Assembly: GCF_006345805.1 (NCBI RefSeq)
Contig: NC_042999.1
Location: 20,026,001-20,090,000, forward strand
Length of the DNA: 64,000 bases
Source of the DNA: Octopus sinensis
Taxonomy: Eukaryota
Reading direction: 5' to 3'
The position numbers and the translations under genes were made by a program. Positions 10,884 to 23,570 of this stretch are shown here, piece after piece. Each line of letters starts with the position of its first letter. Within the stretch, counting starts at the first letter, position 1. The notes below the pieces were generated by a model. That model was given only the letters and a program-made list of their open reading frames with translations. It did no database searches and was not told the origin of the DNA.

Positions 10884-13800
10884 TGCAATCAATTCATATT
10901 TCTTTATTGCCCACAAGGGGCTAAACATAGAGAGGACAAACAAGGACAGACAAAGGAATTAAGTCGATTATATCGACTCCAGTGCGTAACTGGTGATTAA
11001 TTTATCGACCCCGAAAGGATGAAAGGCAAAGTCGACCTGGGCGGAATTTGAACTCAGAACATAATGGCAGAAGAAATACCACTAAGCATTTCACCCAGTG
11101 TGCAAACAATTCTTATTTCTTTATTGCCCACAAGGGGCTAAACATAGAGGGGACAAACAAGGACAGACAAAGGGATTAATTCGATTACAAAGACTCCAGT
11201 GTGTAATTGGCACTTAATTTATCGACCACGAAAGGATGAAAGGCAAAGTCGACCTGGGTGGAATTTGAACTCAGAACGTAATGGCAAACGAAATACCACG
11301 AAGCATTTCACCCAGTGTGCAAACGATTCTTATTTCTTTATTGCCCACAAGGGGCTAAACATAGAGGGGACAAACAAGGACAGTCAAAGGGATTCATTCG
11401 ATTACAAAGACTCCAGTGTGTAATTGGCACTTAATTTATCGACCACGAAAGGATGAAAGGCAAAGTCGACCTGGGTGGAATTTGAACTCAGAACGTAATG
11501 GCAAACGAAATACCACGAAGCATTTCACCCAGTGTGCAAACGATTCTTATTTCTTTATTGCCCACAAGGGGCTAACATAGAGGGGACAAACAAGGACAGT
11601 CAAAGGGATTCATTCGATTACAAAGACTCCAGTGTGTAATTGGCACTTAATTATCGACCACGAAAGGATGAAGGCAAAGTCGACCTGGGCGGAATTTGAA
11701 CTCAGAACGTAACGGCAAACGAAATACCACTAAGCATTTCACCCAGTGTGCAAACGATTCTTATTTCTTTATTGCCCACAAGGGGCTAAACATAGAGGGG
11801 ACAAACAAGGACAGACAAAGGGATTAATTCGATTACAAAGACTCCAGTGTGTAATTGGCACTTAATTTATCGACCACGAAAGGCTGAAAGGCAAAGTCGA
11901 CCTGGGTGGAATTTGAACTCAGAACATAACGGCAAACGAAATACCACGAAGCATTTCACCCCGTGTGAAAACGATTCTTATTTCTTTATTGCCCACAAGG
12001 GGCTAAACATAGAGGGGACAAACAAGGACAGACAAAGGGATTCATTCGATTACAAAGACTCCAGTGTGTAATTGGCACTTAATTTATCGACCACGAAAGG
12101 ATGAAAGGCAAAGTCGACCTGGGTGGAATTTGAACTCAGAACGTAACGGCAAACGAAATACCACTAAGCATTTCACCCAGTGTGCAAACGATTCTTATTT
12201 CTTTATTGCCCACAAGGGGCTAAACATAGAGGGGACAAACAACAAGGACAGACAAAGGGATTCATTCGATTACAAAGACTCCAGTGTGTAATTGGCACTT
12301 AATTTATCGACCACGAAAGGATGAAAGGCAAAGTCGACCTGGGTGGAATTTGAACTCAGAACGTAACGGCAAACGAAATACCACTAAGCATTTCACCCAG
12401 TGTGCAAACGATTCTTATTTCTTTATTGCCCACAAGGGGCTAAACATAGAGGGGACAAACAAGGACAGACAAAGGGATTCATTCGATTACAAAGACTCCA
12501 GTGTGTAATTGGCACTTAATTTATCGACCACGAAAGGATGAAAGGCAAAGTCGACCTGGGTGGAATTTGAACTCAGAACATAACGGCAAACTAAATACCA
12601 CGAAGCATTTCACCCCGTGTGCAAACGATTCTTATTTCTTTATTGCCCACAAGGGGCTAAACATAGAGGGGACAAACAAGGACAGACAAAGGGATTCATT
12701 CGATTACAAAGACTCCAGTGTGTAATTGGCACTTAATTTATCGACCACGAAAGGATGAAAGGCAAAGTCGACCTGGGTGGAATTTGAACTCAGAACATAA
12801 CGGCAAACTAAATACCACGAAGCATTTCACCCCGTGTGCAAACGATTCTTATTTCTTTATTGCCCACAAGGGGCTAAACATAGAGGGGACAACAAGGACA
12901 GACAAAGGGATTCATTCGATTACAAAGACTCCAGTGTGTAATGGCACTTAATTTATCGACCACGAAAGGATGAAAGGCAAAGTCGACCTGGTGGAATTTG
13001 AACTCAGAACGTAACGGCAAACGAAATACCACTAAGCATTTCAACCAGTGTGCAAACGATTCTTATTTCTATATTGCCCACAAGGGGCTAAACATAGAGG
13101 GGACAAACAAGGACAGACAAAGGGATTCATTCGATTACAAAGACTCCAGTGTGTAATTGGCACTTAATTTATCGACCACGAAAGGATGAAAGGCAAAGTC
13201 GACCTGGGTGGAATTTGAACTCAGAACGTAACGGCAAACGAAATACCACTAAGCATTTCACCCAGTGTGCAAACGATTCTTATTTCTTTATTGCCCACAA
13301 GGGGCTAAACATAGAGGGGACAAACAAGGACAGACAAAGGGATTCATTCGATTACAAAGACTCCAGTGTGTAATTGGCACTTAATTTATCGACCACGAAA
13401 GGATGAAAGGCAAAGTCGACCTGGGTGGAATTTGAACTCAGAACGTAACGGCAAACGAAATACCACTAAGCATTTCAACCAGTGTGCAAACGATTCTTAT
13501 TTCTATATTGCCCACAAGGGGCTAAACATAGAGGGGACAAACAGGACAGACAAAGGGATTCATTCGATTACAAAGACTCCAGTGTGTAATTGGCACTTAA
13601 TTTATCGACCACGAAAGGATGAAAGGCAAAGTCGACCTGGGCGGAATTTGAACTCAGAACGTAACGGCAAACGAAATACCACTAAGCATTTCACCCAGTG
13701 TGCAAACGATTCTTATTCTTTATTGCCCACAAGGGGCTAAACATAGAGGGGACAAACAAGGACAGACAAAGGGATTCATTCGATTACAAAGACTCCAGTG

Positions 13801-16497
13801 TGTATTGGCACTTAATGTATCGACCACGAAGGATGAAAGGCAAAGTCGACCTGGGTGGAATTTGAACTCAGAACGTAACGGCAAACGAAATACACTAAGC
13901 ATTTCACCCAGTGTGCAAACGATTCTATTTCTTTATTGCCCACAAGGGGCTAAACATAGAGGGGACAAACAAGGACAGACAAAGGGATTCATTCGATTAC
14001 AAAGACTCCAGTGTGTAATTGGCACTCAATTTATCGACCACGAAAGGATGAAAGGCAAAGTCGACCTGGGTGGAATTTGAACTCAGAACATAACGGCAAA
14101 CGAAATACCACTAAGCATTTCACCCAGTGTGCAAACGATTCTTATTTCTTTATTGCCCACAAGGGGCTAAACATAGAGGGGACAAACAAGGACAGACAAA
14201 GGGATTAATTCGATTACAAAGACTCCAGTGTGTAATTGGCACTCAATTTATCGACCACGAAAGGATTAAAGGCAAAGTCGACCTGGGTGGAATTTGAACT
14301 CAGAACATAACGGCAAACGAAATACCACTAAGCATTTCACCCAGTGTGCAAACGATTCTTATTTCTTTATTGCCCACAAGGGGCTAAACATAGAGGGGAC
14401 AAACAAGGACAGACAAAGGGATTAATTCGATTACAAAGACTCCAGTGTGTAATTGGCACTTAATTTATCGACCACGAAAGGATGAAAGGCAAAGTCGACC
14501 TGGGTGGAATTTGAACTCAGAACGTAACGGCAAACGAAATACCACTAAGCATTTCACCCAGTGTGCAAACAATTCTTATTTCTTTATTGCCCACAAGGGG
14601 CTAAACATTGAGGGGACAAACAAGGACAGACAAAGGGATTAATTCGATTACAAAGACTCCAGTGTGTAATTGGCACTTAATTTGTCGACCACGAAAGGAT
14701 GAAAGGCAAAGTCGACCTGGGTGGAATTTGAACTCAGAACGTAACGGCAAACGAAATACCACTAAGCATTTCACCCAGTGTGCAAACGATTCTTATTTCT
14801 TTATTGCCCACAAGGGGCTAAACATAGAGGGGACAAACAAGGACAGACAAAGGGATTAATTCGATTACAAAGACTCCAGTGTGTAATTGGCACTTAATTT
14901 GTCGACCACGAAAGTATGAAAGGCAAAGTCGACCTGGGTGGAATTTGAACTCAGAACGTAACGGCAAACGAAATACCACTAAGCATTTCACCCAGTGTGC
15001 AAACGATTCTTCTTTCTTTATTGCCCACAAGGGGCTAAACATAGAGGGGACAAACAAGGACAGACAAAGGGATTAATTCGATTACAAAGACTCCAGTGTG
15101 TAATTGGCACTTAATTATCGACCACGAAAGGATGAAGGCAAAGTCGACCTGGGTGGAATTTGAACTCAGAACGTAACGGCAAACGAAATACCACTAAGCA
15201 TTTCACCCAGTGTGCAAACGATTCTTATTTCTTTATTGCCCACAAGGGGCTAAACATAGAGGAGACAAACAAGGACAGACAAAGGGATTCATTCGATTAC
15301 AAGACTCCAGTGTGTAATTGGCACTTATTTATCGACCACGAAAGGATGAAAGGCAAAGTCGACCTGGGTGGAATTTGAACTCAGAACGTAACGGGAAACG
15401 AAATACCACTAAGCATTTCACCCAGTGTGCAAACGATTCTTATTTCTTTATTGCCCACAAGGGGCTAAACATAGAGAGGACAAACAAGGACAGACAAGGG
15501 ATTAATTCGATTACAAAGACTCCAGTGTGTAATTGGCACTTAATTTATCGACCACGAAAGGATGAAAGGCAAAGTCGACCTGGGTGGAATTTGAACTCAG
15601 AACGTAACGGCAAGCGAAATACCACTAAGCATTTCAACAGTGTGCAAACGATTCTTATTTCTTTATTGCCCACAAGGGGCTAATATAGAGGGGACAAACA
15701 AGGACAGACAAAGGGATTAATTCGATTACAAGACTCCAGTGTGTAATTGCACTTAATTTATCGACCACGAAAGATGAAAGGCAAAGTCGACCTGGGTGGA
15801 ATTTGAACTCAGAACGTAACGGCAAACGAAATACCACGAAGCATTTCACCCAGTGTGCAAACAATTCTTATTTCTTTATTGCCCACAAGGGGCTAAACAT
15901 AGAGGGGACAAACAAGGACAGACAAAGGGATTCATTCGATTACAAAGACTCCAGTGTGTAATTGGCACTTAATTTATCGACCACGAAAGGATGAAAGGCA
16001 AAGTCGACCTGGGCGGAATTTGAACTCAGAACGTAACGGCAAACGAAATACCACTAAGCATTTCACCCAGTGTGCAAACGATTCTTATTTCTTTATTGCC
16101 CACAAGGGGCTAAACATAGAGAGGACAAACAAGGACAGACAAAGTGATTAATTCGATTACAAAGACTCCAGTGTGTAATTGGCACTTAATTTATCGACCA
16201 CGAAAGGATGAAAGGCAAAGTCGACCTGGGTGGAATTTGAACTCAGAACGTAACGGCAAACGAAATACCACTAAGCATTTCACCCAGTGTGCAAACAATT
16301 CTTATTTCTTTATTGCTCACAAGGGGCTAAACATAGAGGGGACAAACAAGGACAGACAAAGGGATTAATTCGATTACAAAGACTCCAGTGTGTAATTGGC
16401 ACTTAATTTATCCACCACGAAAGGATGAAAGGCAAAGTCGACCTGGGTGGAATTTGAACTCAGAACGTAACGGCAAACGATTCTGCCAGCTCACCAC
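10884..16497 (-). repeat. Tandem array of ~26 x 217-bp units derived from tRNA-SINE family B
   Basis: The unit on the minus strand carries the B box GAGTTCAAATTCC and tail CCCCTTGTGGGCAATAAAGAAATAAG; matches monomers at 25381, 38075 and 58139. Confidence 0.95.
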
Positions 16498-16519
16498 ATT
16501 TAGGCCTTCAGCATTCAGA

Positions 16520-16845
16520 TTATATTTACCCCCTTTAGTCATGAATTATCATGGGATTGCACCTTGAAAGTTCCCCTCTGAGGCAAAAATCTGAGCAAGA
16601 TTGTTTTATGGATGACCAGGAGTCACCCATGCATACCACTCTTCCCTTCAATCCCATTAATGTTGTCCAATGGTAAAGCACGGGCCGATACAATTTGGCA
16701 CCAGTGACATTGCAAACCATTTCTACAGCTAAGTGAACTGGAACAAAAATGAAATAAAGAGTCTTGCTCAAGAACGCAATACACAGCTCTGTCTGAGAAC
16801 TGAACTCACTCCCCCATGATTGTGAGTCCAACACTCTGACCATTT
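16520..16845 (-). mobile_element. tRNA-derived SINE family D (CORE-like)
   Basis: Minus: ggtcagagtgttggactcacaatcatggggagtgagttcagttc head, ttcttgagcaagactc body, gtgcaatcccatg..ttcatgac tail. Confidence 0.7.
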
Positions 16846-17001
16846 ATTCATATTGTTTTGAATTAATCATAGTTTTCCTCATTGCTTGGAGATTTCAACG
16901 ATGTGATTGTTTATTTTTACAATGATATTGTAGGTTAAGTGTAAGAGGCCGAATCCAGCTAGTTTGTAAATAAAAAAGGGAGAATATTTGAACCTGATAT
17001 G

Positions 17002-17576
17002 CAGGGCCGTTGCTCAGCCCTTGCGACCCTTACAGTTGCAGGGGTCCTTCGCAGTTGAGAGCCCCCATGTTAAGATCAAAGTACCTAGATGAATTATTTA
17101 TTTACTTTGGTTAAGAATTTAAACAAGAATTAAACGTTCTATGTTAACTTAAAATTTAAAACAAATTTTAATCTCGTAATAATACATCGTACCTGCAAAA
17201 GTTCTTGTAAAAATATTACATTGTCCCACGAACGTGTACAAGATTTTGTGAATTGTTTATGATATCTGTTGAACATGATTTCATGAAGCGAAAAGTGCAC
17301 CGTGTTTGTCTTTGAAGGTTGGCTGGATTATAAAAGTACTCTTTTATTCATATCTGGAAGTTTTACTTATTGAAATTTGTAATAGACCTAAATAGATTTA
17401 AATTGTTGTACTTTTAAAGATGTTCTTTAGGATAATATGAAATATTGAACTTCAGACAGAATAAAGTAGAATATAGCTAAGAATAAAAGGAGCATAGATT
17501 ATGAATTTTGATTGAAGGGATTGAGCCTTGAAACAAAAAGTTGCAAGGGACCTCTAAAAGTCATGCGACAGAGCTG
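17002..17576. mobile_element. hAT-like MITE with 8-bp TSD
   Basis: TSD ctgatatg (16994-17001) / ctgacatg (17577-17584); degenerate TIR CAGGGCCGTTGC / GCGACAGAGCTG; sits inside a piggyBac-like MITE. Confidence 0.6.
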
Positions 17577-17609
17577 CTGACATGGCTGGGTTAAATACTA
17601 AAGAATTAA

Positions 17610-18105
17610 TCATCATCATCATCATCATCATCAACATGGGTTAAAGTCCGCTTTCCATGCTAGCATGGGTTAGATGATTTGACTGAGGACTGGCAAACCA
17701 GATGGCTGCACCAGGCTCCGATCTTGATCTGGCAGAGTTTCTACATCTGGATACCCTTCCTAACGTCAACCACTCTGAGAGTGTAGTGGGTGCTTTTATG
17801 TACCACCGGCACGAGGGCCAATCAGGTTGTTCTGGCAACAGCCATGCTCAAATGGTGTTTTTTACATGCCCCCTGCACAGGAGTCAGTCCAGCGGCATTG
17901 GCAACAACCTCGCTCAAATGTCTTTTCACATGCCACTGGCACAAGTGCCAGTAATATGATGCTGGTAACGATCACGCTCGATTTTTGCTTTTTACGTGCC
18001 ACCGGCACAGAAGCCGGTTAGCCACTCTGGCAAATGTTCACACTCAGACGATGCTCTTAGGGCTCCACTAGCATGGATGCCAGTCATCAAATTTGATTTC
18101 GATTT
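17610..18105 (-). mobile_element. Repeat family C, (GAT)n-tailed SINE-like element with internal subrepeats
   Basis: (cat)n tail + tttccatgctagcatgggtt...ggatacccttcctaacgtcaaccac + recurring tt(t)acrtgcc modules; further copies at 25741, 37168, 43905, 55672 and 60876. Confidence 0.8.
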
Positions 18106-20109
18106 ATAAAGAATTAATAACTGCAGATATTATAAAACTGAAGCACATCAAAATTTATTATCCTTGTACTTGGTGAAATAATGGTTTTTCATTCAATGCC
18201 AGCAATTTTTGAGGTGGGGAGATTAGATGGTGCCATCACTCCTATTAGTACTTGACTTGTACTTCAGTTTCCATTGACATCGAAACAATGAGAGGAACCT
18301 GATGAAATAATGAACAAAATATTTCTTTCCGTGTGATTTTGAATAATTAACAGTTAATGTTGGCTGATATTTCAGTTTTCTTTATCATATAATTAATTTT
18401 AGTTAACTTTTCAACACCTCTTGCATCCAGTATATGAACATTAAAATTACTTTGTGTGTGTGTGTATGCGGTGGGGTCTGTGTTTGTGTCTCTGTGTGTG
18501 TTTATCTGTGTGTGTAGATGGTTTTCTTATAATTATTTATTTTCTAAACGAGGTTATCTCTCTTTGTCTAATCTGTTCTAAATGGGCCATATGAGACATT
18601 TATTTTGTAATTCATCAATCACTATTTTGGCAAGTATGGTGAACATTATACTTCATGGATGAAAAATGCTTGAAGTAGTCTCCCATAGTTGCCAAAACAA
18701 TTAAAATGAAAAAACCGAATATTAGTTATTGTCTAATATTAGTTCGACATCACCACATGATTATTTCAAATTAACATTTAAATTCGTCCTGCGTTAACAC
18801 TTTTGCATTTAAACTCACCATATCCAGCTTGTTTCATATTCTAGCTTGTTTCATATTCAAATCAACCAGATCCAGCCTCTCACACTTACCCTACATTGTC
18901 ATTCTACACACTACGCTCACATCGTTGAAATTTTGAAGCTAGAAGACAATGCTTGCTTAATTCAAAACAATGTAAATGAATAAACTTTAACCCAGGCTCT
19001 TGACAGTATTTTAGGGAGAATATCCAACAGAATGTAGACCGAAGCCAGAAGTGAAATATTTAAGCTCAAATACTTAACATGCGTACTTGTTTTGTAATAT
19101 CCACAAAAGAAACACCTTTCAGTCAAATAGCATTTGGGATTTATGGGGAAAATAATATATGCAAAAATATAATCTAAAAAATATAATAAACAGAGTTCCC
19201 CCTACGATATTTTATGACACAGGACTCCTGTACGTTGCAGTAAAATATGAACTAATAATGCTACAAAAAAGCTTAATCTAGAGGAAATAAGATATAATGT
19301 TACAGTGCAGACACCAGAAAAAATTCATTACTAAAAACTGCTCCATTACAACAATAGAAATATTAGCAAGGAAAAAGCCATTCTAACACCAAATAAAGTG
19401 CTAAACAAACTAGCCTATAAAGAAAAGAAATATTAATACTGATATATTCGTTATGATAATAAAAAATCACTCCCACCCGTGAATATATAAAATACACTTT
19501 AGTGACTTCAGATATGAAATTACAATTTGCAAAACAGGTATAACGAGATTTTAATAGTAGAGCAACCGACAAATATGCCAAAAATATATTTAGTGTAGCA
19601 GGACAAGTTTAGCAAAATCATTTATAAATTATGTAATCAACAGACAGATGGATTAAAGACAATCACTGAACCAAGTAATTAATGTCATAAACAAATAAGC
19701 AGCTTTAGTGAAATAGTTCATAGCTGAGAAAAAAAAAACAAGATGAGATTATGCAATAGACATCTAGACAAAAACTACTAATGAATTAAACAATGAGAAA
19801 TGTTGTACAATTAAATGCTTTCAAAAAAATAACATGAACTGGAAAAACCGTATAGAGAGAAATAAAAAGGAATTAAAGCAATGCAAAAAACTGAAAAATG
19901 AATCATGAAATGAAATGATGACAAACGTAGACAACACTCAAATAGAAATAATTCAGAAACGAAGTATAGAAAATAAACGATAGCTTTTGAATGAATATGG
20001 TCAATGTATAACAACCGGCCCTTATAATGGAATAAAACATCTCGGAAATTTAAGTGGTGAGAAATACAAATTGCGAGACAAGAATTCAACATACATATAT
20101 AAACATATA

Positions 20110-20493
20110 TATTTATTTGGCACTCCATCCGTTGCGACGATGAGGGTTCCAGGTGATCTGATCAACAGAACGGCCTGCTCATAAAATTAACGTGCAAGTG
20201 GCTGAGCATTCCACAGACATGCGTACGCTTAGCATAGTTCTTAAGGAGATTCTGTATGACACAGAGTGTGACAAGGCTGGCACTTTGAAATATAGGTACA
20301 ACAGAAACAGGAAGGAGTGAGAGAAAGTTGTGGTGAAAGAGTACAGCAGGGGTCGCCACCACCCCCTGCCGGAGCTTCGTCGAGCTAGGTGTTTTCACTC
20401 AATAAACACTCACAATGCCCTGTCTGGGAATGGAAACCGTGATCCTACGACTGTTAGTCTGCTGCCCTAACCACTGGGCCATTACACCTCCAC
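20110..20493 (-). mobile_element. tRNA-derived SINE family E
   Basis: Minus head gtggaggtgtaatggcccagtggttagggcagcagac...ggtttccattcc; same head as 62186-62510. Confidence 0.85.
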
Positions 20494-20820
20494 ATATTTA
20501 GATGTGTATTACATTGTATGTACATGTATATATACGTGAGTATGTATGTGTTTGTATATATATATATATATGTGTGTGTATGTGTGTGTGCATGTATGTA
20601 TGATTTTCTTTTGGAATTAATTTATTTTTCATTAGCAAATTCAAGCTGGTCACTAACAATGTGACAAGGTATTTTTGTTTTGGTTTTATTTTAAGATAGC
20701 TCTTAATGTTTGCATAAGAGTGCAAACGATAAACTTGCATGTATGTACTTGTCAATTTAGTACACTAATATGTGTACAATTCTTCCAGTGTATACATCTA
20801 TCTATCTATCCATCTATCAA

Positions 20821-20939
<119 letters not shown>

Positions 20940-21064
20940 ATAGTGTACGCTTAAACACAAGCAGAAATTACCTCTAACAGGCAATTCTACACACGAATGA
21001 AGACCACAAAAAAATTTAAGCAATTTCAAAGGGAATGAAAAATAAAAACTTTTACCTTGTTTTA

Positions 21065-21147
21065 CGGTTATACCAATAGGTTTCGGATTTTTTTAGTAAA
21101 TAAAATAAATTAATTCAATTTACCAGGCAAATCCTCTTCAGTAACTG
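21065..21147 (-). ncRNA. Type-I hammerhead ribozyme (predicted)
   Basis: Minus: GTTA-CTGAAGA-GGATTT..AAATCC-GAAA-CC(TATT)GG-TA/TAAC; all core nucleotides canonical. Confidence 0.75.
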
Positions 21148-21282
21148 AGCCATCCAAGACTAAACCTATAATTATGAGACCGATAGCACGTGTCTCATCT
21201 CTATATGTTATAAGTTTTTTCAAAATCCACTACACAAGCGTAGTTTGAGTCGGCAGAAAATGAAGAATGCCGAAACAAATTT

Positions 21283-21545
21283 GTGGGCAGGTCTTCTCAA
21301 GAACTGCATATCACCAGACATCTCCCATCCATTGTCATTTCCTCTGTGAGGCTCAACTTCTTGAGATCGGTCCTTACCACTTCATCCCATGTATTCCTGG
21401 ATCTCCCTCTTCCACGGGTACCATCCACTTTCAGTGATCGACTCTTCTTTATGCAGCTCTCTTCATTCTTACACATCACATGTCCAAACCAACATAGTCT
21501 TCTCTCTTGCCTGCTACATTTGATTCCTTTTATACCCAGGCTTTA
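21283..21545 (-). pseudogene. RTE-clade LINE 3' fragment
   Basis: VMCKNEESCIKKSRSLKVDGTRGRGRSRNTWDEVVRTDL matches the RTE C-terminal GxRxRGRPxxxW motif. Confidence 0.8.
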
Positions 21546-21634
21546 AGATACATGGCATATTTTAAATTGATATTTATCTCTGTCTGGACAGAATAGTTAT
21601 TTTGTTGTGTCTACCTCTACTGGATCTCTATATA

Positions 21635-22187
21635 CAAGGATGAGTCAAAAAGTAATGCCATTTTGTTTAGGACAGGTATAATTACCAACACAGGAACATG
21701 TATCATGCATCAAAATGAAGCAGGTCCTCTATGGATCACATCCCTACTTCTCAACATAGTCACCATTAGCAATAGCGATGCTCCACATTCGAATGGGAGT
21801 ATGTATCCCTGCCCCGTAAAATTCTGTTGGCTGTTCTTTGAGCCACTTCTTCACTATCTCCACACTCACCAGATTTAGCACCTTCAGACTATCATCTTTT
21901 CAGCACCACGAAAGGTGGTTTGAGAGGCAAACATTATTCCAGTGATGAGGAAGTGAAAACTGTAATGAAGATATGGTTCAAAGAACAGTCAACATAATTT
22001 TATGGGGCAGGGATACATGTTCTCATTCGAAGGTGGAACATTGCTATTGAGAGAAATGGTGACTATGTTGAGAAGGAGGGATGTGATCCACAGAGGACTA
22101 GCTTCATTTTGATGCATGATACATGTTCCTACGTTGGTAATTATACCTGTCCTAAACAAAATCGCATTACTTTTTGACTCATGCTCG
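21635..22187 (+). mobile_element. Mariner-derived MITE with ~225-bp inverted arms
   Basis: TA flanks; termini caaggatgagtcaaaaagtaatgc / gcattactttttgactcatgctcg; internal PDLAPSDYHLF...GIHVLIRRW..AIERNGDYVEK transposase C-terminus. Confidence 0.9.
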
Positions 22188-22235
<48 letters not shown>

Positions 22236-22237
22236 CC

Positions 22238-22705
22238 AAACTTACAAGGAAAATATTCAATTTAGAAATACTAAATCAAATTTCACACAATATAATATAT
22301 ATATATAAAAATTAGAAAAAAAACACATTTTATTAATTCAAAATGAACAATTAAATTACATCATCTAGAAAATTACCTATAATAGGAATATCAAAATTAA
22401 AATAACAATAAAATGTCAATGATTAAGTAAATTGCAAAAAATAATACTAAAAACGTATATAATAGGTAGAATAACGACACGTGTTTCGTGGCTATAATCA
22501 TTTCTTACATATAGCCACGAAACACGTTCATTAATACTACCTATTTTATACGTTTTTAGTATTATTTTTTGCAATTTACTTAATCATTGACATTTTATTG
22601 TTATTTTAATTTTAATATTTCTATTATATGTAATTTTCTAGATGGTATAATTTAATTGTTCATTTTGAATTGATAAAAGGTGATATTTTCTAATTTAATA
22701 TATAT
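22238..22705. mobile_element. AT-rich fold-back element (Penelope-like derivative) in (TA)n
   Basis: ~200-bp inverted arms centred at 22488-22518; second family member at 58920-59330. Confidence 0.75.
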
Positions 22706-22706
22706 A

Positions 22707-22780
<74 letters not shown>

Positions 22781-23388
22781 ATATATATATATTTACACTC
22801 ACACACACACACTCTCTCTCACTACTTCTCTCTTTGAATATATAACTTTCACTGTTATACATGATTGAGAGATATAGCTATCAATAAGAATAATGAAACA
22901 GACTTTTCATGACAAATTTCCTTTGTGATATTTGTTCTGCCTCGAGTTAGACATATCCCTGTCACCTCTGACATCAGAAACGCAGTCAAGTATCGATTGG
23001 CCGATTGGAAACCTGCAACCAATACCGCTTCTCACAAAAAGTGATATAAAATAAATATAAAATAAATAAAAAATAAACAAACGAATGAATGTCAATTAAT
23101 TTTGCCGAGTAAACGGATGAGTTAATTATCGATGAAACATTATCTCAAATTATATTGTTATGTTGTATTTCTTTCGAGCTATTATAAGAGCATATAAATC
23201 TGGAGATTAATTCATTTTGTGACTGTAACAAAACAGGTTTCCAGAGTTATTTTTTGCTTCATTGAACACAAGTCTGTCAGAAGTTTGTATCTCTTTGATA
23301 GGGATGCACTCTTGGCTGTGTGGTTACGACGTTGGATTTATAACCAAGAGTGGGGTCTGGGTTTGAACTCCTACAACTCCTATGTATG

Positions 23389-23419
<31 letters not shown>

Positions 23420-23454
23420 CTCTGTGTGTGTATGTGTGTGTATGTGTGTGTATG

Positions 23455-23501
<47 letters not shown>

Positions 23502-23570
23502 CTGTGTGGTAAAAAGCTTGCTTCCTAAACACATGCTTCTGGGTTCAGTCCCACTACATGTCAGCTCTGT

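Noticed and set aside
10884-16497. CRISPR-like array or repeated 74-aa protein
   Set aside because: Units are contiguous with no unique spacers, they match a dispersed SINE, the ORFs use GTG/TTG starts and are broken by indels, and the context is eukaryotic.
19200-20100. A-rich stretch suggestive of a decayed retroelement ORF
   Set aside because: Too many stops and no diagnostic motif I can name.
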